From: Chrysomallon squamiferum
Taxonomy: Eukaryota > Animalia > Mollusca
NCBI GenBank assembly: GCA_012295275.1
Contig: CM022679.1
Coordinates: 20,584,001 to 20,648,000, forward strand
Length of the DNA stretch: 64,000 bases
Reading direction: 5' to 3'
Both the position numbers and the translations under genes were made by a program. Below, in pieces: positions 17,021 through 30,200 of the stretch. Under the pieces are notes generated by a model, which was not told where the DNA came from, did not search any database, and saw only the letters and a list, made by a program, of their open reading frames with translations. Position 1 is the first letter of the stretch. Each line of letters begins with the position of its first letter.

Positions 17021-17330
17021 ATCTAGAATCTAGATGACATCAAAGTTCAAAAACAAAATTATATCTCCATGAGAACTAATTTTATTTTTATAAGTAACCA
17101 TTGGCTTTTCAAAACGGATTGGTTCAGCTGCGTAGTTATTTTGTCATTTTTCCAGAAACGCAGATTGAAAAAGTTTATGTCCTTCTCAATGAATATATAT
17201 ATATAACTGATGCCTCATGAAAATTTAAAAAGGACAATAAATCAAAAAGACTGTCAAAATTATTATGAAACATTTCATCTGTACGTAGTTGTAGTTTTAT
17301 TTGTATTTTTTTTTTTCTTCTTCTTCTTCT

Positions 17331-17361
<31 letters not shown>

Positions 17362-17559
17362 GATGTCATAACAAAGGAAAAAAGTAACATTTCTAAAAGG
17401 CAATACTGATTGGCCTACAACTTAAAACGAACGAATAGTGGGAACAGAAAGAGAGTTATTAGGTCTTATTTTTTGTAACATATAGAAGTAAAAAAAACCG
17501 CCGCTATATCATACGACTCTGTCAGCCTCAGTCGGAGTATGATAGTACATGAGCTCAAC

Positions 17560-18260
17560 GTAGAGCAAAGTGAACGTGTACATTCCCTCATCTTTTTCAC
17601 AGCTTGTCACTGGAATGATGCGTGCAATCACTAAGAGTAAAAGATCAAGTTTGTTAGTTATGTGAGGAGGCAAATCATCCCTAGACTTCTCTAGATATTC
17701 TACAAACTTTAGAAGGTCTGGTGCATCTATCTCTACAATTATTGCCGATTTCTTGCAACGACGACATCTATACACATCCTAGGAAATATTGTTTCCAGTG
17801 AGAAGTACTGAAGAAGAGATAGGTTTCATTTATATATGAAATACGATTCTGGGGCCATTTAATTTCTGGCGAAGTCACTAGATTTAGTTTATGGCTGTTA
17901 CATTCAAACTGCACTATGCAAATCTTTGCGAAACAGACCTCCAAAACTACCACGATTATCAGACGACATTGTAGCAGTTGTATTATAAGCCTATTGTCTC
18001 AAATTTTCTTCTTTCAGTCTACACTTCGCAAGTTGCACTTTGATCGTCCCGCCATAAAAACATAGAAATCCTTCTGTAATATTGATATTTTCTCCATCTA
18101 GTTCGGATACATGATACACAAGGAGAGTATGTACTGATTCGCAAATCTGCTAATTTATCTGCGATACTGTAGAAGTGTATATGGCACTGGCAGGAGAGGT
18201 GTCCTAGAAATTTCTTGGTATTACTCGAGGCCGGTTAACAGCAATTCTCTAGCTGTTGTA
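17560..18260 (-). pseudogene. Fossil hAT transposase (ZMYM1/THAP12-PRKRIR-like), frameshifted and internally deleted
   Basis: Collinear minus-strand motifs: FYSIADKLAD (~18175; cf. FSIxADExxD), ITEGFLCF, ENLRQ*AYNTTATMSS (cf. NxRGQxYDGAxxMS), CNSHKLNLV...INETYLFFSTS (CxxH motif, ~17880-17902), IARIIPVTSCE (~17596-17630; hAT dimerisation domain). Confidence 0.72.
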
Positions 18261-18711
18261 GTCTGTTTTATAAAAGAGAACAGGTCAACTGATATAATAC
18301 TTCAACCGCTTTAAAATTCAGACAATTATCTAATTACAATTGAAATTCTGTTCTACTTATGATTAGCTCACCTCTTCCCTTGCTCTGTCCTAATGAAACA
18401 GGTTCGGGGACGCCGAAGAGGCATAATCTACTTTCCCACGAACATTTTAAATACCAACTCAATAACAACTGCCAGTTGGCAATCGGTATTAATCAGGATG
18501 GTCGAAAGGTATAAGGTAACTTTGTTTACATATGTCTTCTATCATGTGTTTACTATTTAACGCCATGAAAAGTTTTACGTTTGTGTCGCGGCTCACGATG
18601 TATATTTAAAAATGATAAATATGTCAAAATACACTTAGAACTAGTAAATTAAAATAAAATGTTTTCATTTATATTATCGTTGTTGTTAATTTTGTTATTG
18701 TAATCGTGGTA

Positions 18712-18752
<41 letters not shown>

Positions 18753-20110
18753 CAACAACCCGCCCTCAAAAAAAAAAAAAAAACGCCTTTTCTAATTCAC
18801 AATACAACGATCAAGTTTACCGCGTTATTTGATTTAGGTGCTAAGAGGTAAAAACTATCTTAAATAAGGAGTAATCTCCCTTGTCTCATTGCCTTGGGTT
18901 TTAATAGCGCATGTTAAACTACATAATATTTCATTAAGTTGCGATTAATTCTGCATATGTTTTATATAATTTTCAATTTATTCTCACTCTAGTTTCATTC
19001 ACTCCTTGGGGGTGAATTATTCACTAATTTAAGAAGTACTGAATTACATATTTTCCCCTCTTGATATAGCATTCTGACAGCGACTTTTTACAGCTGTTTG
19101 TTGTTAATTGTTAGGATATGAATTTAAATGTTTTAATACTTCAGTAAGATTATAATTCTAGCTATTTATTGAAAAACTTATTCTTTTGATGCAAATGAAA
19201 TAAATGGCCAGTGAAATGAAAATGATGTTATTGAAATGCAAATGAGAAAAATCATTTAAAACTGATTAATTTATTATTACGTCTTCTTAGTGTGCCATCT
19301 CTTATATAGGCATTTTGGTGGAAATATAAAAAATGGATGGTTAGAATCCGTAAGATTAACCCAAGCACTGGTTACTGGGTTATCTGTTTCGACGTGTGAT
19401 ATCAACATTACAGAAAATAAACAAGGAAACAAACAAGCGACTTTTTACACGTAATAATAAAAAGAAGCATTCATTCCATTAACTTTTGGTGTTGTTTATT
19501 TTTTCTCTTCTCATAAATTGCAAACTCATAATCCATCTGCTTTATCTGGCCTGTGTCCAAAACGTCACTGCCTAATAATTTAAACTGATACAGGGTCAAA
19601 ACAAATTTTCAGTAACGTTTGGCAAGCATTGTATGCGACGATGGACGTGAACTTTACTGCTAGGTTAAAATACCATGTATTGTTATTATTGTACAAAATA
19701 AATAACGTATTATTAACAAGTCGCATTGTAGTATACGATTAAAATTCATGAAGTACGTAAGCACTAAAAAGAATTGCCATGAACAGATATGCATATACGT
19801 TTATTAATATATCTACATTGCATGCATGTACGTCTGTGTGTACATTGCATACTATTACCACTGTTAATTAATGTAATTACTGTTCTGCGAAAATGAATAG
19901 AATGTTTTTGATTCTTAATCCAACCGAAATTTGAACATCCTGTTAAGGGCTGGCTCTCTGGGTTTTTTTGTTGTTTAAAGTCATACAGTATCACCTACAC
20001 AGTTTTAATTCAAGTCAGAACTGTCAAATTAAAAGGGTATCTGTACTATATCTTGGCTGGAACGAGAAACGTCTTCTTTTATCATTATTACACATGGTGT
20101 TCCCACTTCT

Positions 20111-20112
<2 letters not shown>

Positions 20113-20148
<36 letters not shown>

Positions 20149-20174
20149 TGTTGTTGTTGTTGTTGTTGTTGTTG
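20113..20174. repeat. Compound (AAT)n(TGT)n microsatellite
   Basis: Directly visible. Confidence 0.9.
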
Positions 20175-20459
20175 TCGTGGTCGTCATTTTCTTACTGTTA
20201 TGAAATTTTTTCATTTGAACAGTAGAAAACATCATAATAAAGTTCCAGACCGGTTTATCATAAACTTTATGAAACTGATATGTATTTATGGCTATATAAA
20301 TATTTCAGGTTATATTTTTTTAATAATAAAAAAAACAAAAAAACCCCACCACCCCCCAAAAAAACACACAAAAAAACGTATGGGACCTTAACAAAAATAT
20401 CCACCGGCTTAGACAAATAAATAGTCACAAAAAATAACCCAACCTCTAAACCAATCCTT

Positions 20460-21010
20460 CACCCAATAACGCGTCGACTACCTTACTTCGCATTGAAAAC
20501 TACCAGTGAGACCAGTCACTTTTGTCATCGCAGATATCAGTACGTCACAGGAAACCTTTGCTAGACAGTTATGAACAACATTCCTATATCTATACAGGCG
20601 AATCATGAACAACTATACTCCATCATAATTATAATTTGACTTATTTGTCAAAGACCTTCGTTTTCAACGGTGATTACACGGGAACTAATTCTTTGTTTAA
20701 CTCTTGTATTCCTGCGCTAATTAGGTTTCAAGACTGGTCGCTCAGTCTTCAAGAAAAGTTAACCAAGCAGAAGAGTTGTGCTGGATGTTTACGCTATCTA
20801 TGATATTTATTTACCTTACTTGGTCATTGATCGCAAAAACGCATGCATGGTACGAACCAGATAGAAGTAAAATGCAATTAATGCTGATGCCACATAGCGT
20901 CTTACCTGGCTGCCGGCGACATGAAAGTATCGTGTGACAGTGACAGTTACCTGTAGTGTATTGATAGACTGTCGACGGACTGGACTTGTAGTCAGAGGTA
21001 AACAACAAAA
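20460..21010 (+). promoter_or_regulatory. Putative promoter / 5' UTR of the outspread/MPRIP-like gene
   Basis: CpG-rich island ending shortly after coding exon 1; CRE-like TACGTCA at ~20540-20547; A-rich initiation context CAAAAATGG. Confidence 0.5.
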
Positions 21011-24000
21011 ATGGCATCGAAGTGCAGGAAATTTGTGCCTAATATTTTCAACAGAAGCAAATGTCAGAACTGTTTCGGAGCTAAGGAGTGTCATTCTGCC
21101 GAGGCACTTGAAAATAACAAGGTAATGAAATTATCCATTAGGCTATTAATTGACAATTAATTGCAGTTTGTTTGTTTGGAAAATTCGTTTTGTCTAAAAT
21201 TATGCTAGACGTTTGAAGTAAGCATTTTAACTGGCATTTCTTTCGTTTCTTTTTCATTTTCTTAATGCTAAAAACTATATATAAACAAAAGAACAGGCAA
21301 TATATTTTAAATTTTAAGGAATTAGCTGCATGCATAAATGTACAGGATTGATTGTATTTTTATTTTTAACTGGTCTGGGGTTTCTTGTTGTTTATATTTA
21401 CTTGTTACTCAATAAACTAAAAATGCTTTGTCAACAGATAACAGTTTACATTAATTTCACCTTTAACCAAAAGCATTTTATGAATCTTAATTCATATTAA
21501 AAAAAAAAGGTATTTAAAAATTTGAGTTAATTATATTTTTAAAATGACTGAGAACTGTGTTTAAGATATAATTACTTAATTAACACTTTAATTAAACATG
21601 TTGCTATAATTATAATTTGTAAATTTAACTGCTACATTTAAATCTTTATATTCATTTTAATTAAAAATGTATAGATATTTAACAATTAAAATGAAACAGA
21701 GAATATTTATTAATTTAATTTGTATACAGTGTGTGTATTATTTAAGCAAAAACATTTTTTTTTTTTTAAATGTCTGAGTAATAAAACAAATTGCCATATA
21801 ATGTACATAAACAGGCTTCTAATTTATTTATAATTACTGTATGATAAAAATCAGAATATATAAACTCTTAAATGGATCTGGTCATGTAATCAATGTCAGT
21901 CTGAAACACATTACATGTTCTGGTAATCTGATTACTTACTCTCTCTTACTGCATTCCCAAACTTGAGTAATAATGCAATAACAGGCACTGAAAAGTAATG
22001 CAGAGAAAACATACTGACATCTGTTTATGTTTTGACTTTTTGTTTTTTGTTTTTTATATTTTATTTTTTAATCTTTTGATTTAAATAACTGATAAAGTAG
22101 AAATATTGGAGTTGATCTCTAGTTCATGTAACAGTATATCTGGGAATGGATTTGTAAGATCTTCCTTCACAATTTATCAAAAATCTAGGTTTCTTAATCA
22201 TCTAGTGATTTAATTTTCTGTAAACATCTTATAATGTTATGCTTCAGTGGTTTCCATTTTCTTTGACTTCTCTAGATAGAAGAATTAGAAGTTCTGATCC
22301 TGTCAATAGTATTTTTTTAATGCACACAATGGTATATAATAATTTGTATGCACAACAAAATCTTTAACAAAAAACTGAAGTAAGATATCTCAACTAAATT
22401 GTTCAACATTTGTATAGACTTATCATTCCGCTAAACTCACTTTAAAAGTGAAATTTGATTCCAATGCCTCTGTGATACTCACACATAAACTTGCAGACTC
22501 ACCTCTAGTCTGTGTATTGAACACACCTTGTTTACATTTAAAAATAACCACACCTTTTTAATCTCTATTGCTTAACTTTATGAGGCAGGTGAATGCAGAG
22601 GTGGCATTTGATAAAACTATTTTCACCTTTGTGTGAGTAGATTAAATTATGTTCAGTGTAAATACATTCCTAAACATAACCAAACTTTATGCATTTTGTT
22701 AAGTGTTATTTTGTGGTCTCAAACAGATCTATGTATGTCTGTGTTTAGTTTAACCAGTTGGTTCTATGATATTTGTAGTTTTTCTTCCATGAAATTTTTT
22801 CTTTATGGCACCATCCCTGTTTGTATAAAAATGCCATTATAATGTTATTCCTTTTCCATTTATTTTATTTTTGTACATCAATGAAATCAGTTCAGATCTG
22901 TTGAAATGCCAGCAGGGTATTTACCTTGTATCTTTACCTAAGAGTTGAAATTTGTAATAAGAGAGTCAAAGAATCAAAATTTTGTTACCAGTGTCATAAC
23001 TGACATATAACAAGTCTGACATTTTTATACATATATATTTTTAAAATTACAGTCTTGTGCATTGAAAAAAGTAGTATACTGTCAAAAAAACTTGACAGTT
23101 TCTGGTGTTTAAATGTTGAAAAAACACTGACAGTGGATCATTGTTTCAATCCTTGAACAGATGAATGAACAACTTATATGACTTCCTTACTGTGCAGATC
23201 TCATCTTATCCACCTGATACAAATGAAAATTAGGTCAACCTAATGAATATTAACTGAGCAATAGTGAATATTTTTATTTGTACAATTGATGAATGAATAG
23301 TTAGTTGGATTAACTTTGATACAATTTTTATATATACAAAACCTTATTTTATTTTTATTCATTTCTTGATCGTCACTGTTATTAAAATACTGATTTTCCT
23401 TTTTTAAAATACAACTTATTTGAAAGATAGTTTCATTTACAGTAATGCTCAAAAGTAAATGAAATTTGTACAACACGACAACATTCAAGCTGAAGTTCAT
23501 TGCTGTTGCCAAAAACCCCCAGCAAATGTGCAGTGGCATGTGAATTTGGAGATGGAACAAGGAAAAATGTGAAATGTGCACAAAAACTCTTTAAAAAGAA
23601 GCAGTCTGTTGCAGCTTAATGCAGAGATAGTAAAAACCTAAAACAAATGATAATTTTGTTGATGGGTTTACTTCCATGGCCAGATTGTAATCAAAATAAT
23701 GCTTGATATATGAGTGTGTATGCGTGTGGGTAGGTAGGTGTGTTTATATAAGCACACACACACACACACACACACACAGATGTAAAACCAAACTGCCATT
23801 CATATAAAAGTGACAAATTGCATATAAGCATATGCCTTCCACTGCCAGATGTGATGATATGGTTGAGGAGTTTCTTTGTTTTATCAGCTGAAATGAAAGA
23901 TATCCTTAGGTGAAACATAACACAGACAGGACACTAGCCTCTTGAAGATCTTCCATGCAGATGGGTAATTTTATCAAGGCTGACCTCTCTACTTGTAAAA

Positions 24001-24514
24001 TCTTAAAGCAAAACATCTGCATCAGATAGAGAATGCTGTATGATCTACAGTTACAAGGGAGATATGACACTTGGCCTGTTCATGTTTCCATAATGAACCT
24101 GCATCAAATTTGGCAATAATCCCATTTTCTTATCCATGGCTGTTCAACACTAACTTGCTAATCATCCACTAAAGATGATTTAATTTCTGCTGACATTATC
24201 TTCTAAAGGTCTACGTTTTTTCTTTTAAAATTTATTATTGGTTGCTAATCATTTTAAAGTAAAGGATATGTGTAAATAGGATTATAAATGTATTCAAAAT
24301 ATTTATTTCCCATTCATTCCATTTTTATTTTTATTCATTATTATTTTTTTCTTTTTACCTTTTTTTATGTTCTTTTTATTTAAAAAAAAAAATAAAAATA
24401 ATAATAAAAATAAATAAAATAGTTATTAACAGTAAAATAAGAAAACTGTATTGTACATTAATTTTATTCTTTGTGAATGCACTGACTTGGAAATATATAT
24501 TTTCAGAGTACACC

Positions 24515-24561
<47 letters not shown>

Positions 24562-25856
24562 TATATATATACACATACACATACACATACACATAGATAT
24601 TAAAAAAAAAAAAAATTCTTTTACAACTAGCATTTTATTTTACACTGGAAAATTTTCATTTCTGTGGCCTGAAATTAAAGACTTTCACAGTTGTGATGAT
24701 TTAACCAGCATTTCTTCACTGAAACAGATTTTGCTCTGTTAATGTTTTTGTCTGCATTTTGCTTTCAAAGCAGCAAACATAAAAGAAGTTAATGGTGTAT
24801 GTCTAGTTCTGATGGCAGCTGGTACAGAGCGGGTCTAATTTCATGGGGTGCTGCTGTCATCTGAGCAAACATTGGTACAAAATAAAGTTTAAAAACCCAG
24901 ACACACACATACACATACACAAAACAAGAATAAGAAGCTTTCTTGTTTGTTTTGCATTTAAATGTATTTTAGGCTGACTTGTTTATCGTTGTGGAAAATC
25001 AGATGTTACTATGATTTTACAGTTTTCAAAAATCAGATAACATTGAAAAGGATCTCCAGGTCTTTTCACAGAAGATTACTGAAAGTATGTGTACAGATAG
25101 TCAGTTTTATTATTTTGGTTTTTTTTTTTTGATGGCCTGATATGATACAAACAGAAGTAATCAAATACACTTAACCTATATGAGAGGTGTGTGATAGTTT
25201 ATATAGGTCAGTTGATAAACATTCTTCATATCCTATCTGAAATGTGCATATTTCATTTTTTATATAGAACCACCAATCAAAAACAAGCTCTTTGTTGTCA
25301 CTATTAAAGCAACGATTTGAATTCTGTCCATTCTGACCATTAATATTAAAATGATTTATTTTTAAACACTTTTTTATTCAGTTGTTTGAAATATGCTTGT
25401 TCCATTTTTAATTTTGAACCAATGAAAATAATTCTTTTCCTCATCAATATTAAAATTATTATTTGAATCAGTTCAGTGTTTGTGAATGGGACAAGTAGTC
25501 GATGGTTTGGTTTGGTGTTTTAAGTGTTACGTTTCAGTTTGAATAACAAAAATATAATGGAATGGCAGTTTTATAAGAAGCAGAAAAAAAAGAAAAAAAG
25601 AAGATATAACCAAAATATTGAAACAGAATAAAACCCTTTAGAAATCAAACAAGTTTAAAAAACAGGAGAAGATAATAACCAATAATTTAAATTTTTAAAA
25701 TAAAAAACTAATGCAGAAATTTGTGAGGAATTTAAATCATAAAAACTTTTTATGTTACAGAACTATTTCCTATATATCTTTTTTTTATTGTTGTTGTTTT
25801 TGAACAAATACTTTAAAATTTGATGCATTTTTTCAGTAAAATGTTTTAGCCAATGA

Positions 25857-25898
<42 letters not shown>

Positions 25899-27226
25899 AT
25901 GCGTGCGTGCATGCATGCATGCTGACACTTTCTAGCTGGTCTCATCATGTTTGAAATGTCAGATTTTCAGTAGCCCCTGTGTGTTGCATGCTGCACCAGT
26001 TTGACAGAAATTCTCCAAAAAGCAGAAAGTACTTAACTCTTTCACCTTTCAAACCTGACATTTATCACAACCTCACCTATGTTATTTGTGACTCTTGTCT
26101 TTGCTGATTTTGTTGATAATCATGCACTCAGTTAAAAGGGTTAACTTGTCAGTAAAGGTTTGTTTGCTGTGATGTTTATTTAAATTTGTATTTCAGTAGT
26201 TTCTTCATTGTGACCAGGTTAGGAACACTTTATGTAAATTTGTTTTATACACAACCAAATTCTACTCACAATATTCCTAACAGTATTTGTTTTCATCTTG
26301 GTTTGTTTATTTTAAACCTAAACTTCGCTGGAAGAAAAGTTGATTATAAAATAAGGAATAACCTAAATGACTAGCTTAGAAATACTTTATGTAAATTTGG
26401 TTTAGATACAACTAAAATTTGATTTAGAATGCCACTTTGGTGGTATATGCAAATAGCCTAACAGTATTTGTTACTGAACCCTTCCAAATTATTGTTTTAT
26501 TATAGTAACCAATTTTTGCTAGAAATACAGTCTGACTTTAAAATTATGAATAACCTAAATGCATTGGTTTATGTATAAAACAATTTAAAAAAAAAAAAAG
26601 CTTAAAAAATAATAATAAAATAAAATAAAGAAGAATGCATTCATTGGTTAGCATATACTACTGGAAATAAAGTATTATAATACAATAATAATTTTTAAGA
26701 ATATTTGCCTGTGAATGTGTTACTTTTTTTTTAATGCAGCATTTGTGCAAAACAATGTGGGGAAAAAAAGAAAAACCCATAATAAACTGAGATAATCTTT
26801 CCAGCTAGTTATCACCTTTTTCTATCATGGATCAGTTTACAAAATGACATCATTTAAAAAGGAAAAGAATGGCAGCCACTGTTTATCTAGAAAGGTTTAT
26901 TAACTTGTTTTTCCAAACTGTGATTCTCATGTTGCTGTCTGCCAACATGATCCACCATTAACATATTAATTCTGAGTTTGACTGTTTTTCTGTTTTTGTT
27001 GTTAGATAAATGACTGCTACAAAAATGTGCTTTCAGTTAATTTTGTGCAGAGACTAAACAGATTAACTGATGATCACAAACATGTTTGTAAGTTAGTTAA
27101 TCTCTCTATAACTCAGATTTAACTGAAAAGAAACGGACTATTCTTGCAAAAAGTAAGAAAAAGCAGACACATTAATTTCATATTGCATTTTAGTCTGCCT
27201 TCACTGATACATTAATTTTGTTATTG

Positions 27227-27264
<38 letters not shown>

Positions 27265-30200
27265 CTGCACACCTACTTATAATGAAATCAGAGGAAATAT
27301 ATGAAATATATTTGGAATACTAGTTACATGTACATTTTAGCTTTGTAGTAAATCATTTTATTTCCTGTGTTTACATACAATGCACAACAGCTGGTAACAA
27401 AAGCAGAGAAGTTAACACATCAGCTGATAAATGTGTTTGAATAGTGTGCATATAACACACGTATCTGTTGGGTCTTTATCATATACGGTACATTTAGCTA
27501 CATTTAAAATAAATTATATCTGAGTAATTCAGTATCTGAATAGCTTTAAGTTAAGTTAGGTGGGATAAGGGATGGTATTTGTTACATAGTCAGGTAGGTG
27601 TAATATGTAATGTAGATGTATTACGATTAAGATCAATCTTGTGCTTGCCTAAGCTGTCAGTTTGTATGAAAATATTAAATTAAAATTGGTTAAAAAAATA
27701 AAAAAATAATAAACATACAATGTGTAACCAATCCTCTTTCAGATCTGTACTTACAATTATGTGAAGTTTTTAATCATTTTATTACTCATATTCAGGAGAG
27801 GTAAATTTATTTTTCTTTCTTTCTGAATCTTTTTTCTTTAAATTTTTTCTTTATTTCTTAAGGAAATAACTTGCTAAACTTTCAGTTAAAAGCAGATACT
27901 TTAATTTCTTCCTTTTACGTCATCATCATCATCATTTTATTATTTTATTATTATTATTATTATTATTAATTAATTAATTAAAAATTTAACACTATTTCAG
28001 TGAACTTTTCAACATTTTATTTATTTAAATAAATAAATTAATTAAAAGTTCAAAGTTAACTACAGCTACCAAAACATTCTTCTTCTTCTTTTATATAGAT
28101 AATCAAGCTGTTAAAATTTTAATGTTAACACCATTTACATGAACTTTTATTTCGAGCTCTACAAAAGACGGGATATTTACAAAGGCACTCAGTTTGTGTT
28201 TTTCTGTTTTTCTCGGTGTCTGGGCAGGTATGGTGTGTTAAATATTTTACTAGACTGTCTATGAAGTTAAGCATTCATCTTGCTTAGTCAAGTAAGTTGA
28301 ATAAAGATGAGAACAAACACTGGACTTCAGATCAAACAAAAACTGGACACAGGTGATTTCACTCATTCATGCCTACAGGAACACTCATTTCCTTCAGCAG
28401 TTTTCATAGCCCAAGCAATCCTACATTAATTTCAGTTAGCTGCATGTTAGCCATTTTTGTGTTGAATGAATTCTGAAGCATATGTAGATCTGGCATTTAA
28501 CTAATCCTTTACTAACTTCATACAGATGCAAGTTGGATATAAATATATATATGTTTAAAATTACATCACTAATATGTAAATTACTTACTTTAATTCTGTG
28601 CAGATGTTGGTTATAAGTTCATGGCCAGGCATGTGTTAGAAATTATATTTGTTTATACAGAATGACCAAATTATACCTATTAGGTAATCCTAATTTCATG
28701 ATTTATATTATGATGTGTCTTTAGAGAATAGCTTGCATGCAAATTCTGCGTAGAAAGACTTAGGAAGGGACAGAAATTTGGACTTTCATTATGTCTGTTC
28801 AGCAGAACAGTTGATCAGCAGTTAGAGTCCTGGCTTAATGAGTAATAGGTAGTTGAACCAAGTACTTGATTGAACACCTGTAGGATTTTTTGTGTTTTTT
28901 TAAAACTTTTCCAACGAGTGACTCACTGGCTAAACTCTGTGTCGGAACAACCCTTCATACATTCAATCTAACATCCTTGATCAATATCAAATGCATATCT
29001 TGTACTTTTTGTGTTGACAAGTTAATATTTCAGTAATATAGGGAAAGGTTTTTATAAAGGCTATTATGAATTTCATCTCTTGATTCAAACAGAAATAAAT
29101 GTTGTCTAAAACAAATTAAAGTCTGTTTTCCTCACTTTTGAAATGTTCTCTTAAAAAGACCCCTTACTGCAAAACAGTGAGAACAGATCAGGGAATGTTT
29201 GAGGTTTTGTTCTGTATTATAATCTGTATGTTTCTTTCATGTAGTTACGTGGGATAGGTTAATACAGAAAGTGTATTTGAAAGACTATTGATCCATTCAT
29301 TTCTTATTATGCCTTTTTTCTACAACAGCATATATGTCTAAGAATAATATATTTTCTTTTTAGCTCTTCCTTAGATTTTAAATAATAACTGTTTAGCTTT
29401 ATTTTGCAAATAATAGAAACTATTTAACAGAAGAATGAATACAAAATATTAAAAGAATTAACCATATTTTGTTGCAAACATCAGTAACACAGACCATTTT
29501 AATAATATTTTTGTTTCTTTATTGCTGTAACTGCATTTTAATTTTCTTAATCATCATCATCAACATTATTATCATTAAATGTAACATCATTATCATTATC
29601 ATCGTCATGATTATGATTATGATTATGATTATGATTATGATTATTATTAATATTATTATTAATATTATTAATATTATTATTATTATTATTATTATTATAT
29701 TTTTTTGTTAAATTAATTAAAATTTAACACTGTTTATGTGAATTTCAAAGATAAGGCTGCAGAAATTATTATCCTGTTAGACAGTGCTGTTTGTGCTGTC
29801 TGGCTTGGGTGCCAGACTTGTATACTTGGTTAAAGAAGTGTACAGTGACCTGTAAGGTTTCCACAGGAGAATGATTGATGGGTTGACATGCTGACAGTAA
29901 CTGTGGTGTACACAGACATCATCCCTGTGACCTCATTAATTAAAACTGGTTAGTACTGTGGCAGTACTTACCTGGCAATTCGGTAATGTCAATAACAGCT
30001 CTATGATGCATATATTAATGATTCAGTGGTTTGTTGTTATCAGATACTGAGCTCAGTTTATTATTATTATTATTTTAAATGACATGATATGATATGGTAT
30101 TTTGTTTCAATTTTGTTTTGCAGAGAAAACAAACTGAATTACTTGCCAATAAATAAAAATTATCAAAATTATATATCAACACACATCTACCTACACATAA

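Noticed and set aside
20811-21125. Listed ORFs overlapping this region
   Set aside because: The true coding frame is the short exon 21011-21121 (MASKCRKF...), which the ORF track does not list.
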